This document shows, one piece after another, positions 1 to 9,191 of a stretch of 64,000 nt of DNA. This DNA is from an uncultured Methylophaga sp. (GTDB lineage Bacteria > Pseudomonadota > Gammaproteobacteria > Nitrosococcales > Methylophagaceae), in contig CAYMEE010000001.1 in NCBI GenBank assembly GCA_964389455.1, positions 83,891 to 147,890 on the forward strand. The letters are read 5' to 3'. The stretch's first letter is position 1, and every line of letters begins with the position of its first letter. The notes beneath the pieces are model-generated. The model saw nothing but the letters and a program-made list of their open reading frames with translations, was not told the DNA's origin and made no database searches. A program made the position numbers and the translations under genes.

Positions 1-292
1 TGTAGGCATTTAAAGGGCCGAACACCGAGAGGTCCGTTTTCGATAATGACATGACCAGAAACAACGTGCCGGCCATATCAAGCAGTGCGGCAAAAAAGAT
101 ATTGATCCAGAAAGGGCTTGATAGCTGAAACGGATTAAACGCGAACAGCAGCGGCAGAGAGATGACTGCCAGCACCACATAAGACGCAAAAACGATAAAA
201 AAAGGGTGCAACCCCCGGTGTGTCAGCTGTTTCTGAAAAACATTAGCAAACGCCGAGAACAGCAGGCGCCCCAGCACCACAAGGATTTCCAA
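1..292 (-). CDS. DMT/EamA-like permease, N-terminal part (gene runs off the left edge)
   Basis: The minus-strand frame is open from a TTG at 290-292 to the window edge. It is absent from the ORF track because there is no stop in the window. My translation is LEILVVLGRLLFSAFANVFQKQLTHRGLHPFFIVFASYVVLAVISLPLLFAFNPFQLSSPFWINIFFAALLDMAGTLFLVMSLSKTDLSVFGPLNAY, which is multi-TM and EamA-like. It begins 6 nt after the DUF411 stop. Confidence 0.45.
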   Translation of the reverse strand, partial: MEILVVLGRLLFSAFANVFQKQLTHRGLHPFFIVFASYVVLAVISLPLLFAFNPFQLSSPFWINIFFAALLDMAGTLFLVMSLSKTDLSVFGPLNAY

Positions 293-298
293 TGGTGA

Positions 299-808
299 TC
301 ACTCCCCGGTGGAAACGCTGCGATACTGCTGATCGGGACCGACTTCGTAACGGTTGAAAATACGGAATTGATTGTCTTTGTCGAAGGTGACGACCGTGAA
401 CAAATCTTTTTTGGCACCCATTTCCATACCCGGCGTGCCGACAGGCATTTCGGGTACCGACAGCCCCGTTATTGGCGGTTTTTCAACCAGCAGACGCTTG
501 ATATCCTGCGCCGGTACATGACCTTCAATCAGATAGCCATTGACCACGGCGGTGTGGCAGGAGCGCATCACGGTCGGTACTTGCTGTCGTGGCGCAACGG
601 CCTCCAGGTTATGGGTGACCTGATCGTCGACGGTGAAGTTGTGTTTGCGCAGATGCTCAATCCATTTGTGGCAGCACTGACAGTTCGGGCTGCGATAAAC
701 CGTGATCTGCGTCGGCTCGCTTAGTGCCTTCTGGACCTTATCCCACTCACTGTCAGCGGCCAGCGGCAGGCTGACCAGCATCATCAAAGCAATTAGATAG
801 TTCTTCAT
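299..808 (-). CDS. DUF411 (CopG-like) periplasmic metal-binding protein
   Basis: 169 aa with a signal peptide (LMMLVSLPLAADS). Motifs are YRSPNCQCCHKW, RSCHTAVVNGYLIEGHVPAQDIKRLL and PEMPVGTPGME, typical of the DUF411 family. Confidence 0.8.
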   Translation of the reverse strand: MKNYLIALMMLVSLPLAADSEWDKVQKALSEPTQITVYRSPNCQCCHKWIEHLRKHNFTVDDQVTHNLEAVAPRQQVPTVMRSCHTAVVNGYLIEGHVPAQDIKRLLVEKPPITGLSVPEMPVGTPGMEMGAKKDLFTVVTFDKDNQFRIFNRYEVGPDQQYRSVSTGE

Positions 809-1056
809 AAGTACTCAACAAAAATTTCTTTATCGCGGCTCTGGCTTTCGACATGCGCCAGTGCGGCCATCACAGCTTTTTCATTGGCAGCATCGGTCTC
901 TTCCGGTAATGCATTAACCGCAATACCCGCCTGTTTGAAGAGTTCTAAATCAGACTCATTTTTCAGGCCCGGGTTCAGCCACAATTCGGCTTGATGGTTG
1001 AGGATTTCCTGTTGCGCTTCCTGCAACCCCTCAGCCGTGAAGATAATAAACAGCAT
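805..1056 (-). CDS. hypothetical acidic 83-aa protein
   Basis: The ORF overlaps the upstream gene by 1 nt and the downstream gene by 4 nt, which indicates translational coupling. I recognise no family and see no signal peptide. Confidence 0.55.
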   Translation of the reverse strand: MLFIIFTAEGLQEAQQEILNHQAELWLNPGLKNESDLELFKQAGIAVNALPEETDAANEKAVMAALAHVESQSRDKEIFVEYL

Positions 1057-2159
1057 TAGTTGTTCTCAATCGCGAGATAGGACTTCTCGGAAATCGCTGT
1101 CCAGGCGTCGTCCTTGTTACGGAAAGTCTGATAAGCCTCATAAATGCGTTTGAAAGCCGGATTGGCGGCGGCTTCTTCTTCCAGCGTTTCCTTAGTCATC
1201 GACTGGAGTCTGGCCAGCACATCATCCGGGAAGCGTTTGATCTCAATGTCATCACGGGCCTGGAGTTCTTTCAGGGCTGCCAGGTTTTTCTGTTCCATTT
1301 CCGACAGCATCAGGACATTTTCTGACTCGGCGGCATGGGTAATGATCGCCTGCAGATCCGGCGTCAGACTGTCCCAGGCACGCTTGTTAACGGTGAGTTC
1401 GAGCACCGTGCCCGGCTCATGCCAGCCTGGATAGTAATAGTGTTTGGCTGCGCGATACAGACCCAAACGCTGATCATGATAAGGGCCTATCCATTCAGTG
1501 GCATCAATGGTGTTGCGTTCCAGCGCAGTGTATACCTCGCTACCGGCCAGCAGTACCGGGTTACCGCCAGCCTTGGCAAAGACCTTACCGCCGAGGCCGG
1601 GAATGCGCATTTTCAGGCCTTCCAAATCTTCAACCGAATTGATTTCCTTATTGAACCAGCCGCCCATCTGCACACCGGTATTACCCAGCGGGAAGGGGAC
1701 CACATGGAAAGGCTCATACACTTCACGCCACAGTTCCAGACCACCACCGTGATAGAGCCAGGCGTTCATACCACGGGGCGTCATGCCAAAGGGCACTGTG
1801 GAAAAAAACTGGGCTTCCGGCACTTTGCCGGCCCAGTAATAGGCACTGCCATGACCCATTTCCACAGTGCCCTGAGATACCGCATCAAAAGTCTGCAGGG
1901 CTGGAATCAGTTCACCACCGGCATAGACCTTGATGTTGATGCGGCCATTGGACATCGCATGAACATGCTCTGCAAAGCGTTCCGCACCTTCCTGTAATAC
2001 CGGGAAACCGGGCGGCCAGGTGGTCACCATTTTCCAGTTATAGGTTTTGCCGTTGTCTACTGCAGCACTGTTCTCTGTCTGGTCTTCAGGACCGCAGGCA
2101 GTCAGCAGCAGCGCCAGCAGGCCCGGCAGCAAATAACGCAGAAAAGCAGGCTTTGACAT
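1056..2159 (-). CDS. TRAP-transporter solute-binding protein (DctP-type), lipoprotein
   Basis: 367 aa with a lipobox (LLLTAC). The run YNWKMVTTWPPGFPVLQEGAERFAEHVHAMSNGRINIKVYAGGELIPALQTFDAVSQGTVEMGHG is typical of DctP-family receptors. There is no dctQ or dctM in the window. Confidence 0.85.
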   Translation of the reverse strand: MSKPAFLRYLLPGLLALLLTACGPEDQTENSAAVDNGKTYNWKMVTTWPPGFPVLQEGAERFAEHVHAMSNGRINIKVYAGGELIPALQTFDAVSQGTVEMGHGSAYYWAGKVPEAQFFSTVPFGMTPRGMNAWLYHGGGLELWREVYEPFHVVPFPLGNTGVQMGGWFNKEINSVEDLEGLKMRIPGLGGKVFAKAGGNPVLLAGSEVYTALERNTIDATEWIGPYHDQRLGLYRAAKHYYYPGWHEPGTVLELTVNKRAWDSLTPDLQAIITHAAESENVLMLSEMEQKNLAALKELQARDDIEIKRFPDDVLARLQSMTKETLEEEAAANPAFKRIYEAYQTFRNKDDAWTAISEKSYLAIENN

Positions 2160-2169
2160 GGTTGTTTCC

Positions 2170-4341
2170 TTATAAGACTTCTAACTTAGCATAAGCCAGC
2201 ACCAGCCACTTGCTGCCGGCATGTTTAAAATTGACCTGTACCCTAGCATTTTTTCCGGCGCCTTCGGTATCAATGACAGTGCCCGGACCGAATTTCTGGT
2301 GCATGACCTGCTGGCCGGTTTTGAGTCCGGCCTCGTTGAGTTCGATAGCACCGGCGTTGCTGACGGTTCTGAGCCCTGGGGTAATGCGGTTACTGCGGGC
2401 ACGCACTTCTTCAATACAGTCGAGCGGTAATTCACCGAGGAAACGAGAGGGGCGCTGGATCAGTTCCTGGCCGTAAAGAAAACGCTGTTCAGTGTAGAGC
2501 AGATACAAGGTCTGGCGAGCCCGGGTCATGCCGACATAGCACAGGCGGCGCTCTTCAGCGAGACGTAGTGGATCATCGCTGGATTTCTGGCCGGGGAACA
2601 GGCCTTCTTCCATGCCCACCATAAAGACCACCGGAAATTCCAGACCCTTGGCCGAGTGCAGGGTCATCAGCTGGACACAATCTTCCCAACGATCGCCTTG
2701 ATTCTCTCCAGCTTCGAGCGCTGCATGAGCCAGGAAGGCATCCAGCTCAGTCAGGTTTTCGACTTCCTCGTCCTGCGGCCGGACAAACTGACGAGTGGCG
2801 CTGATGAGCTCATCGAGGTTTTCGATGCGGCCCTGGCCTTTTTCGGTTTTGTCCTTGGCAAAATGCGCGCGCAGACCGGACTCATCAATCACCAGCTGGG
2901 TCAGCTCATGCAGGGGCATATCCGGCTGCTCTGGCGTCAATGAATCAATCAGTGTCAGAAAGCCAGCCAGTGCATTACCAGCCCGGGCAGCGAAGGCTTT
3001 AGCCTCGAGCATTTCCTGCGCGCTATGCCACATCGACAGATTACGTTCGCGGGCGTACTGACGCAGTTGAGTCAGGGTGGCCGCACCAATGCCACGGGTG
3101 GGGGTGTTGACGATACGCTCAAACGCCGCATCATCCTGTCGGTTGGCAATAAGGCGAAGGTAAGACAGCACATCCTTAATTTCGGCCCGCTCGAAAAAGC
3201 GCAAACCACCATAAACCCGGTAGGGCATGGCGACTTGTAACAAGGCTTCTTCAATCACCCGTGACTGGGCATTGGAACGGTACAACACGGCACAATCACT
3301 GCGACGTCCGCCATCATCGACCCACTTCTGCACCTGACCGACCAGGTAGGAAGCTTCATCGCGTTCATTGAAAGCGTTGTAGACCTGGATCGGGCAGCCA
3401 TCCTCATCCTCAGTCCACAGCTCTTTACCCAGCCGTTCGCTGTTATTGGCAATGACGGCATTGGCCGCTTTCAGAATATTGCCGGTGGAGCGATAGTTCT
3501 GTTCCAGGCGGATGGTGGCAGCCCCCTGGTAGTCTTTGTCGAACTGCTGGATGTTTTCGATACGGGCGCCACGCCAACCATAGATAGACTGATCATCATC
3601 GCCGACAATAAACATCTTGCCGCTGTCGCCGGCTAATAGCCGCAACCAGGCGTACTGGAGGGTATTCGTGTCCTGAAATTCGTCGACCAGGATCTGACTG
3701 AAACGCTGCTGGTACTGGGCGAGTATATCCGGGCGCTTGAGCCAGAGCTCATGACAGCGCAGCAGAATCTCACCGAAATCGATGACCCCAGCGCGCTGAC
3801 AAGCTTCTTCATAGGCTTTGTAGATGGCCAGCATTTTCTGTGAGTAGGGATCGTTACCGGCCTGAATATCTTTAGCCCGCAGACCTTCATCTTTCTGTAC
3901 ATTGATATACCACTGTGCCTGCTTCGGCGGCCACTGAGCCTCATCCAGTTCCATGGCGCGGATGATGCGCTTGAGCATACGGAGTTGATCGTCGCTGTCG
4001 AGGATCTGAAAGCTTTGCGGCAAACCGGCATCTTTCCAGTGGGCGCGCAGCAGTCGATGGGCCAGTCCATGGAACGTGCCAACCCACATGCCTCCGGGCG
4101 GATATCCGAGCATTTCTTCAATACGGCCACGCATTTCCGCTGCGGCTTTGTTGGTGAAGGTCACGGCCAGAATATTGGCGGGTGAGAACCCCTCAGCCTG
4201 AATCAGCCAGGCAATACGGTGCACCAGAACACGGGTTTTACCACTGCCGGCACCGGCCAGAATACGGGCATGGCCCAAAGGCGCGGCAACCGCTTCACGC
4301 TGGGGTTTGTTCAGGTCGTTAAGTAGCTCGGAAACATCCAT
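2170..4341 (-). CDS. uvrD: DNA helicase II UvrD
   Basis: 723 aa. Shows Walker A (AGAGSGKTRVLVHR), the DEFQDT motif, and full-length UvrD/Rep-type helicase motifs. Confidence 0.93.
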   Translation of the reverse strand: MDVSELLNDLNKPQREAVAAPLGHARILAGAGSGKTRVLVHRIAWLIQAEGFSPANILAVTFTNKAAAEMRGRIEEMLGYPPGGMWVGTFHGLAHRLLRAHWKDAGLPQSFQILDSDDQLRMLKRIIRAMELDEAQWPPKQAQWYINVQKDEGLRAKDIQAGNDPYSQKMLAIYKAYEEACQRAGVIDFGEILLRCHELWLKRPDILAQYQQRFSQILVDEFQDTNTLQYAWLRLLAGDSGKMFIVGDDDQSIYGWRGARIENIQQFDKDYQGAATIRLEQNYRSTGNILKAANAVIANNSERLGKELWTEDEDGCPIQVYNAFNERDEASYLVGQVQKWVDDGGRRSDCAVLYRSNAQSRVIEEALLQVAMPYRVYGGLRFFERAEIKDVLSYLRLIANRQDDAAFERIVNTPTRGIGAATLTQLRQYARERNLSMWHSAQEMLEAKAFAARAGNALAGFLTLIDSLTPEQPDMPLHELTQLVIDESGLRAHFAKDKTEKGQGRIENLDELISATRQFVRPQDEEVENLTELDAFLAHAALEAGENQGDRWEDCVQLMTLHSAKGLEFPVVFMVGMEEGLFPGQKSSDDPLRLAEERRLCYVGMTRARQTLYLLYTEQRFLYGQELIQRPSRFLGELPLDCIEEVRARSNRITPGLRTVSNAGAIELNEAGLKTGQQVMHQKFGPGTVIDTEGAGKNARVQVNFKHAGSKWLVLAYAKLEVL

Positions 4342-4458
4342 TCTTTGATTTGCGTTGACTTTAGTTAAATGCCGTTGCCGGATCGGCGGGAGGGCACGGC
4401 GAATTGATAGACTGGCGCAGACAAGCGGGGGTTCCGCGCCAAATCAGCTGCAGGGCAG

Positions 4459-4480
4459 CCCCACACCCGCAGGTGTGGGG
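4459..4480 (-). terminator. GC-rich hairpin downstream of trxA (no U-tract)
   Basis: CCCCACACC-cgca-GGTGTGGGG gives a 9-bp stem 12 nt after the trxA stop. No T-run follows on either strand. Confidence 0.35.
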
Positions 4481-4491
4481 AAAGGACATCA

Positions 4492-4818
4492 TTACAGATT
4501 GCTGTCCAGGAAAGCGGCCAGCTGGGACTTGGTTAAAGCGCCCACTTTGGTTGCTTCCACTTCGCCGTCTTTAAACAGCATCAGAGTCGGGATACCACGG
4601 ATACCATAACGCGGTGGTGTGTCCTGGTTTTCGTCGATGTTCAGCTTGGCAACTTTCAGTTTGCCAGCATATTCAGCGCCGATTTCTTCCAGCACGGGTG
4701 CAATCATTTTGCATGGACCACACCATTCTGCCCAGTAGTCAACCAAGACAGGGATGTCGGACTGTAGTACTTGGCTGTCAAAGTCGCCATCGGTCACGTT
4801 GGTGACGTTATCGCTCAT
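4492..4818 (-). CDS. trxA: thioredoxin 1
   Basis: 108 aa with the WCGPC active site ([13 protein letters not shown]). It is divergent from rhlB, as in E. coli. Confidence 0.97.
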   Translation of the reverse strand: MSDNVTNVTDGDFDSQVLQSDIPVLVDYWAEWCGPCKMIAPVLEEIGAEYAGKLKVAKLNIDENQDTPPRYGIRGIPTLMLFKDGEVEATKVGALTKSQLAAFLDSNL

Positions 4819-4974
4819 GTTTCATCTCCAGTGGTATATAAAGTATCGTTGGATTATACCGGGCCTGGCGAGGTTATATGTTCAAACCTGCATTTCAGGC
4901 CGACTTAGGTATATACTCCCATGCGATAGAGCCTAACATTTTTTCCTATCATCAACGCTAATGCAAGTATTTAT

Positions 4975-6288
4975 ATGAGTGCACATCTAACTGACCAGGC
5001 CTTCAAAACCCTGCCTCTAAACCCCGCATTGCAGGCTGGCCTGGACCAGGCAGGTTTCGAGTTCTGTACCCCGATTCAAGCGCAATCCCTGCCTTTACTG
5101 CTGCAGGACAGGGATGTGGCCGGCCAGGCCCAGACCGGTACCGGTAAAACCATCGCTTTTCTGCTGGCCACGTTTCAACGGCTATTGGAAAAAGCCCCGC
5201 CTGAGAACTGGGACGGCAAACAGCCGCGCGCGCTGATACTGGCACCAACCCGTGAGCTGGCGATTCAAATCATGAAAGACGCCAAACTGCTCAACACCGA
5301 AGCCAATCTGCGGATTGCGATTGCCCACGGCGGCAAGGATTACCAGAAACAGCGTGATGCATTGAATGAAGGCTGTGATGTTTTGGTAGGCACGCCAGGA
5401 CGGTTGCTGGATTATCATAAGCAGCGTGTGTTCAGTCTGAAATTCATCGATGCGATGGTGTTGGATGAAGCCGATCGCATGTTTGATCTGGGCTTTATTA
5501 AAGATGTGCGTTATTTCCTGCGTCGAATTCCGGCACCGGACAAACGCCTGGGCATGCTGTTCTCGGCCACGCTCAGCTACAAGGTCAGCGAGCTGGCCTA
5601 TGAGCATATGAACAACCCTGAAAAAGTTCAGGTCGAGCCGGAAAAAATGATGGGTGATCGCATTGAAGAATGGGTTTATTACCCGGCCAATGAAGAGAAA
5701 ATCCCGCTGCTGCTGGCATTGATTGAGAGACTGCAGCCTGAGCGCAGTATTATTTTTGTTAATACTAAACAGACGGCTGATGCGGTCTGGGGCTATCTGG
5801 AAGGCAATGGTCACAAGGCATCGCTGCTGTCAGGTGATGTGCCTCAGAAAAAACGCGAGCGGCTGTTACAGCATTTTCAGGACGGTGAATTCCCGTTTCT
5901 GGTGGCAACAGATGTGGCGGCACGTGGCCTGCACATTCCGGCCGTAAGTCATGTATTCAACTTTGACCTGCCTCAGGATGTCGAAGATTATGTGCATCGT
6001 ACCGGGCGAACCGCGCGGGCCGGTGCCAGCGGTGTGGCCATCAGCTTTGCCTGCGAGGAATTTGTGTTCTCGCTGCCTGATATTGAAACTTATATCAAAC
6101 ATAAACTGCCTATTGCCTCGACCGCTGATGAAACCCTGATCGAGCCCAAACCGCCGGTGAAGCGTGAGAAGAAACCTGCGCAGCACCGCGGCAGAAAAGA
6201 GGAAGGCAGGCGTCGTCGTCCGCGTCGGGCAGGAAACCGGCAGGGCAAGGCCGCGGCCTCGATGAACAAACATGCAAATAAACAGTAA
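4975..6288 (+). CDS. rhlB: ATP-dependent RNA helicase RhlB
   Basis: 437 aa with the DEAD box (VLDEADRMF), AQTGTGKT, SAT and HRTGRTARAG motifs, plus an Arg-rich C-tail. It is collinear with E. coli RhlB and sits next to trxA. Confidence 0.92.
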   Translation: MSAHLTDQAFKTLPLNPALQAGLDQAGFEFCTPIQAQSLPLLLQDRDVAGQAQTGTGKTIAFLLATFQRLLEKAPPENWDGKQPRALILAPTRELAIQIMKDAKLLNTEANLRIAIAHGGKDYQKQRDALNEGCDVLVGTPGRLLDYHKQRVFSLKFIDAMVLDEADRMFDLGFIKDVRYFLRRIPAPDKRLGMLFSATLSYKVSELAYEHMNNPEKVQVEPEKMMGDRIEEWVYYPANEEKIPLLLALIERLQPERSIIFVNTKQTADAVWGYLEGNGHKASLLSGDVPQKKRERLLQHFQDGEFPFLVATDVAARGLHIPAVSHVFNFDLPQDVEDYVHRTGRTARAGASGVAISFACEEFVFSLPDIETYIKHKLPIASTADETLIEPKPPVKREKKPAQHRGRKEEGRRRRPRRAGNRQGKAAASMNKHANKQ

Positions 6289-6613
6289 CCGCCCCGCTGA
6301 TTTTTATCCGCTGGTTCCGGTTGATAACCGGAACAGCGCACGGGCGCCGGTCATTTTTGAAGTTGAGCAAGTCAACAGCAACCTGAGCCCGGAGCGTGCC
6401 GACAATACTTCGGTGGTTATTGCTCCCGAGAGCAGCCGGGATGGCCAACAGGCCCGTTTTGTCAGAAACTTTATCAGCAGTGACCGTCGTTTTGATGGTG
6501 ACAATGAGCAGGCGGCATTTCTGCCACGCGCCGTGCAGCAGTATCTCTTTATTAATGAAATACCGGCACAATCCTCAGCGGACAGAGGTCAGTTTCTGGA
6601 TGAAATGGTTTAG
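6272..6613 (+). CDS. uncertain 113-codon ORF in the rhlB-lipoprotein spacer
   Basis: This is the only sizeable ORF in a 311-nt gap. It overlaps the rhlB end by 17 nt and the next gene by 14 nt. It has no obvious Shine-Dalgarno sequence and contains a strong hairpin at 6314-6334. It may not be translated. Confidence 0.3.
   Translation: MQINSNRPADFYPLVPVDNRNSARAPVIFEVEQVNSNLSPERADNTSVVIAPESSRDGQQARFVRNFISSDRRFDGDNEQAAFLPRAVQQYLFINEIPAQSSADRGQFLDEMV
6314..6334 (+). terminator. hairpin just after rhlB (possible terminator or processing site)
   Basis: GTTCCGGTT-gat-AACCGGAAC forms a 9-bp perfect stem 26 nt after the rhlB stop. No U-tract follows. Confidence 0.35.
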
Positions 6614-7286
6614 TCTGCTGTTGGTAACACTGTTGATGACGGGCTGCGTGACAGCCTCGGGCAACAGCAATAATGGCCTTGAAAGACTGGCAAAAAGCGA
6701 TATTGATGAGGTCATCGAGCTGCACCAGCAGGTCGTCATGCGTGACCTGAAAAAACTGATGGTCAAGCTCTACAAGCGTAATCCGGGACTGCGATATGAC
6801 CGGGAGCTCAGAGATATCAAAGCCAGCGTCGAGCTGACCTTTTCACGTCCTTTTAATTTTAACTATGCTGAATACAGTCATATCAGGCGACCCACTGATA
6901 TCGTGCGTCTTTCGCTAGATGAAACTTACCAGGGCGATCGGGTTCTGGCCTTTATCGTCGGCCTGCGGCGCATGCTGATGGCTTCTTATGACAACAAGAC
7001 TGAGTTTTTCTACCTGACTAGCATCGACCAGCAAAAGCTATATAACAGTGCCCGCAATATCGAGATTGCCGCCTGGCTGCTGGCAAAAAGCCGTGATAAA
7101 GAGGGTAACTTACTCATGCTCAGTGACAGCCTCGCTGATGAAAAACGCAACCTGAGCTACCAGCGGCTAATAGGCAGAATGATTGCGACCCAGGATAACC
7201 TGGCCGAAATCATCTCTCAGAAAACCGGCCGTATCATCAAAACCGTGGTGGTGCGGGCGGCGACGGTCATGTTTCTGCCCATCTAG
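6600..7286 (+). CDS. hypothetical lipoprotein
   Basis: The start is trimmed to the internal ATG at 6600, which gives MKWFSLLLVTLLMTGC, a classic lipobox. The longer track ORF starting at 6396 has an implausible N-terminus. I recognise no family. Confidence 0.7.
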   Translation: MKWFSLLLVTLLMTGCVTASGNSNNGLERLAKSDIDEVIELHQQVVMRDLKKLMVKLYKRNPGLRYDRELRDIKASVELTFSRPFNFNYAEYSHIRRPTDIVRLSLDETYQGDRVLAFIVGLRRMLMASYDNKTEFFYLTSIDQQKLYNSARNIEIAAWLLAKSRDKEGNLLMLSDSLADEKRNLSYQRLIGRMIATQDNLAEIISQKTGRIIKTVVVRAATVMFLPI

Positions 7287-7885
7287 TCCTGGCTGCCATT
7301 GTGGCCAGCCACACCGGCGGTCAACACAAAACGCATGGCCTGTTCCATGGTCATATTCACCGGTCGTACCCGGCTTTTGGGCATCATGACCGGATAACCG
7401 CCGATGTTGTAGCTCATGGGTAGAAATACCAACACCCGTTCTTCACCATCTTCAGATTCAATGGGCAATGACTCCGAACTGTCCAGCGTAATGAATCCAA
7501 TCAATTCCATCCCGTTTTCCAGCTTGACCGCCACCACCTGCTCAAATTCGCTTTGACGGGTCGGTGAAAAATACTGGAAAAAGTCACGAATTGCGCCATA
7601 CACCGATTTGATCAAGGGCATGTGATACAGCAGCTGCTCTACGTAACGAAATAAAGCCTTCACCACATAAAGTTGCATCAACATACCGATCATAAAAATC
7701 AGCAGCAGGGCAGCGATGAACCCCATCCCGGGCCAATACAGGTAATCCGGCAAAATAAACTTAATCACACCACTGAGCGCTTTCTCAGTCGAGACAATAA
7801 ACCAGTAAATCAGGTAGGCGGTTAATGTCAGCGGTAGAATCGTGATGAGTCCGGTCAGGAACTGGCGGGAAATAAAGCCAATCAT
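7283..7885 (-). CDS. DUF502 family membrane protein
   Basis: The start is trimmed to MIGFISRQFLTGLITILPLTLTAYLIYW. It has two N-terminal TM helices followed by a soluble domain, as in DUF502. Confidence 0.7.
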   Translation of the reverse strand: MIGFISRQFLTGLITILPLTLTAYLIYWFIVSTEKALSGVIKFILPDYLYWPGMGFIAALLLIFMIGMLMQLYVVKALFRYVEQLLYHMPLIKSVYGAIRDFFQYFSPTRQSEFEQVVAVKLENGMELIGFITLDSSESLPIESEDGEERVLVFLPMSYNIGGYPVMMPKSRVRPVNMTMEQAMRFVLTAGVAGHNGSQD

Positions 7886-7973
7886 GAATCTTCTCCGTTT
7901 ACAGTTAAGAGCCAGTATTGGCTTGTTGGCCACCGGGGGTCAAATGCCGGATGAGAGGCAGTTCACAGTAAGG

Positions 7974-9191
7974 TCATTGTGAGTGACGATGCTCGGCCTG
8001 GCTCAACGGCGGGGTGGCAAAAGGGCGGCTCGCTGCCTGATGCATAAACAGATTTTTCAGCCAGGGGCTGTGATTAACACCGCGCAGACCAAACTGACGC
8101 AGCCATCTCACTGGGGCCAGTTGACTGCTGAATACCCGTTTGAACATATCCATACTGAACTGCATCAGTAGATTATCGGCGTGACGCTGGCGCTGATATT
8201 TCTGCAGGGTATGCAGACTGCCGATATGGCGGCCATGCCGGTGGGCATTCAAAATGACCTCAGTCAAAGTGGCGGCATCCAGCAAACCGATATTAACGCC
8301 CTGACCGGCAAGCGGATGAATGATGTGTGCAGCATCGCCTACCAGAGCCAGGCCCGGCTTGATGTAGCTGTCAGCATGACGTAACTGCAATGGAAAAGCT
8401 GCGCGCTCACTGATGGCGGTGATGCGGGCAGGTTTAAGCTGGCAGGCCTCGTTGAGCTCTGCAATGAATTCCGCCTCCGACATAGCCAGTAAGCGATCGG
8501 TACTGCTGCTGTTAAGCGACCAGACTATCGAGCATTGATTCAGTTCGGGCAGTGGCAGCAGCGCCAGTGGGCCCTCGCTCAAAAAACGCTGCCAGGCGGT
8601 ATGCTGATGACTCTGTTCGGTGGTGACAGTCGCAACCAGTCCCTTTTGATCATAGGACCAGCCTTTGAGTTTGATGCCTGCCCATTCACGGAGAGGCGAT
8701 TGGGCACCATCGGCTGCGACAATTAAATTGGCCTGCAGCACGTCGCCGTTATCCAGCGTGACCTGATGGGGTTCATAATGACTCGGCTGTGCCGGGCTTA
8801 TGACTTTGATATTGGGCATGCGCTGACATTGGGCCATGCTGGTGGACTGCAGCACCCGGTTTTCCAGCAGATGCCCCAGCCAAGGCTCTCCCAGATCGGC
8901 ACTGTTGAAGTGCAGCTCGTTAGCTTCATTTTCCCAGACCCGCATATCGGTAAAAGCACTCACGCGATCTGCCGGTAGCTGCGACCACAGTTCCAGGTTG
9001 GTCAGCAGTGTTTCGCTGCTGCGGGTGAGGGCACTGACGCGAAGATCGTAGGGTGAACCGGGTGCCGGGGCTTCAGGTAATTGCGCCTCAACCAGCGCAA
9101 TTTTCAATGTCGGTTCGGTAGCCAGCGCCACCGCCAACGTGGCACCGACCATGCCACCACCGACAATGACAACATCAAAAGTCTGATTCAT
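7974..9191 (-). CDS. ubiI: FAD-dependent ubiquinone-biosynthesis hydroxylase (UbiI/VisC-like)
   Basis: 405 aa with the GXGXXG motif (VVIVGGGMVGA) and the DAAHIIHPLAGQGVN motif. It is third in a pepP-ubiH-ubiI order, as in E. coli, and overlaps ubiH by 4 nt. Confidence 0.75.
   Translation of the reverse strand: MNQTFDVVIVGGGMVGATLAVALATEPTLKIALVEAQLPEAPAPGSPYDLRVSALTRSSETLLTNLELWSQLPADRVSAFTDMRVWENEANELHFNSADLGEPWLGHLLENRVLQSTSMAQCQRMPNIKVISPAQPSHYEPHQVTLDNGDVLQANLIVAADGAQSPLREWAGIKLKGWSYDQKGLVATVTTEQSHQHTAWQRFLSEGPLALLPLPELNQCSIVWSLNSSSTDRLLAMSEAEFIAELNEACQLKPARITAISERAAFPLQLRHADSYIKPGLALVGDAAHIIHPLAGQGVNIGLLDAATLTEVILNAHRHGRHIGSLHTLQKYQRQRHADNLLMQFSMDMFKRVFSSQLAPVRWLRQFGLRGVNHSPWLKNLFMHQAASRPFATPPLSQAEHRHSQ

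Noticed and set aside
5182-5814. 210-aa minus-strand ORF inside rhlB
   Set aside because: It is antisense to the DEAD-box helicase and is a shadow ORF.
6170-6260. Purine-rich, CGN-rich low-complexity tract
   Set aside because: It encodes the Arg/Lys-rich C-terminal tail typical of RhlB.
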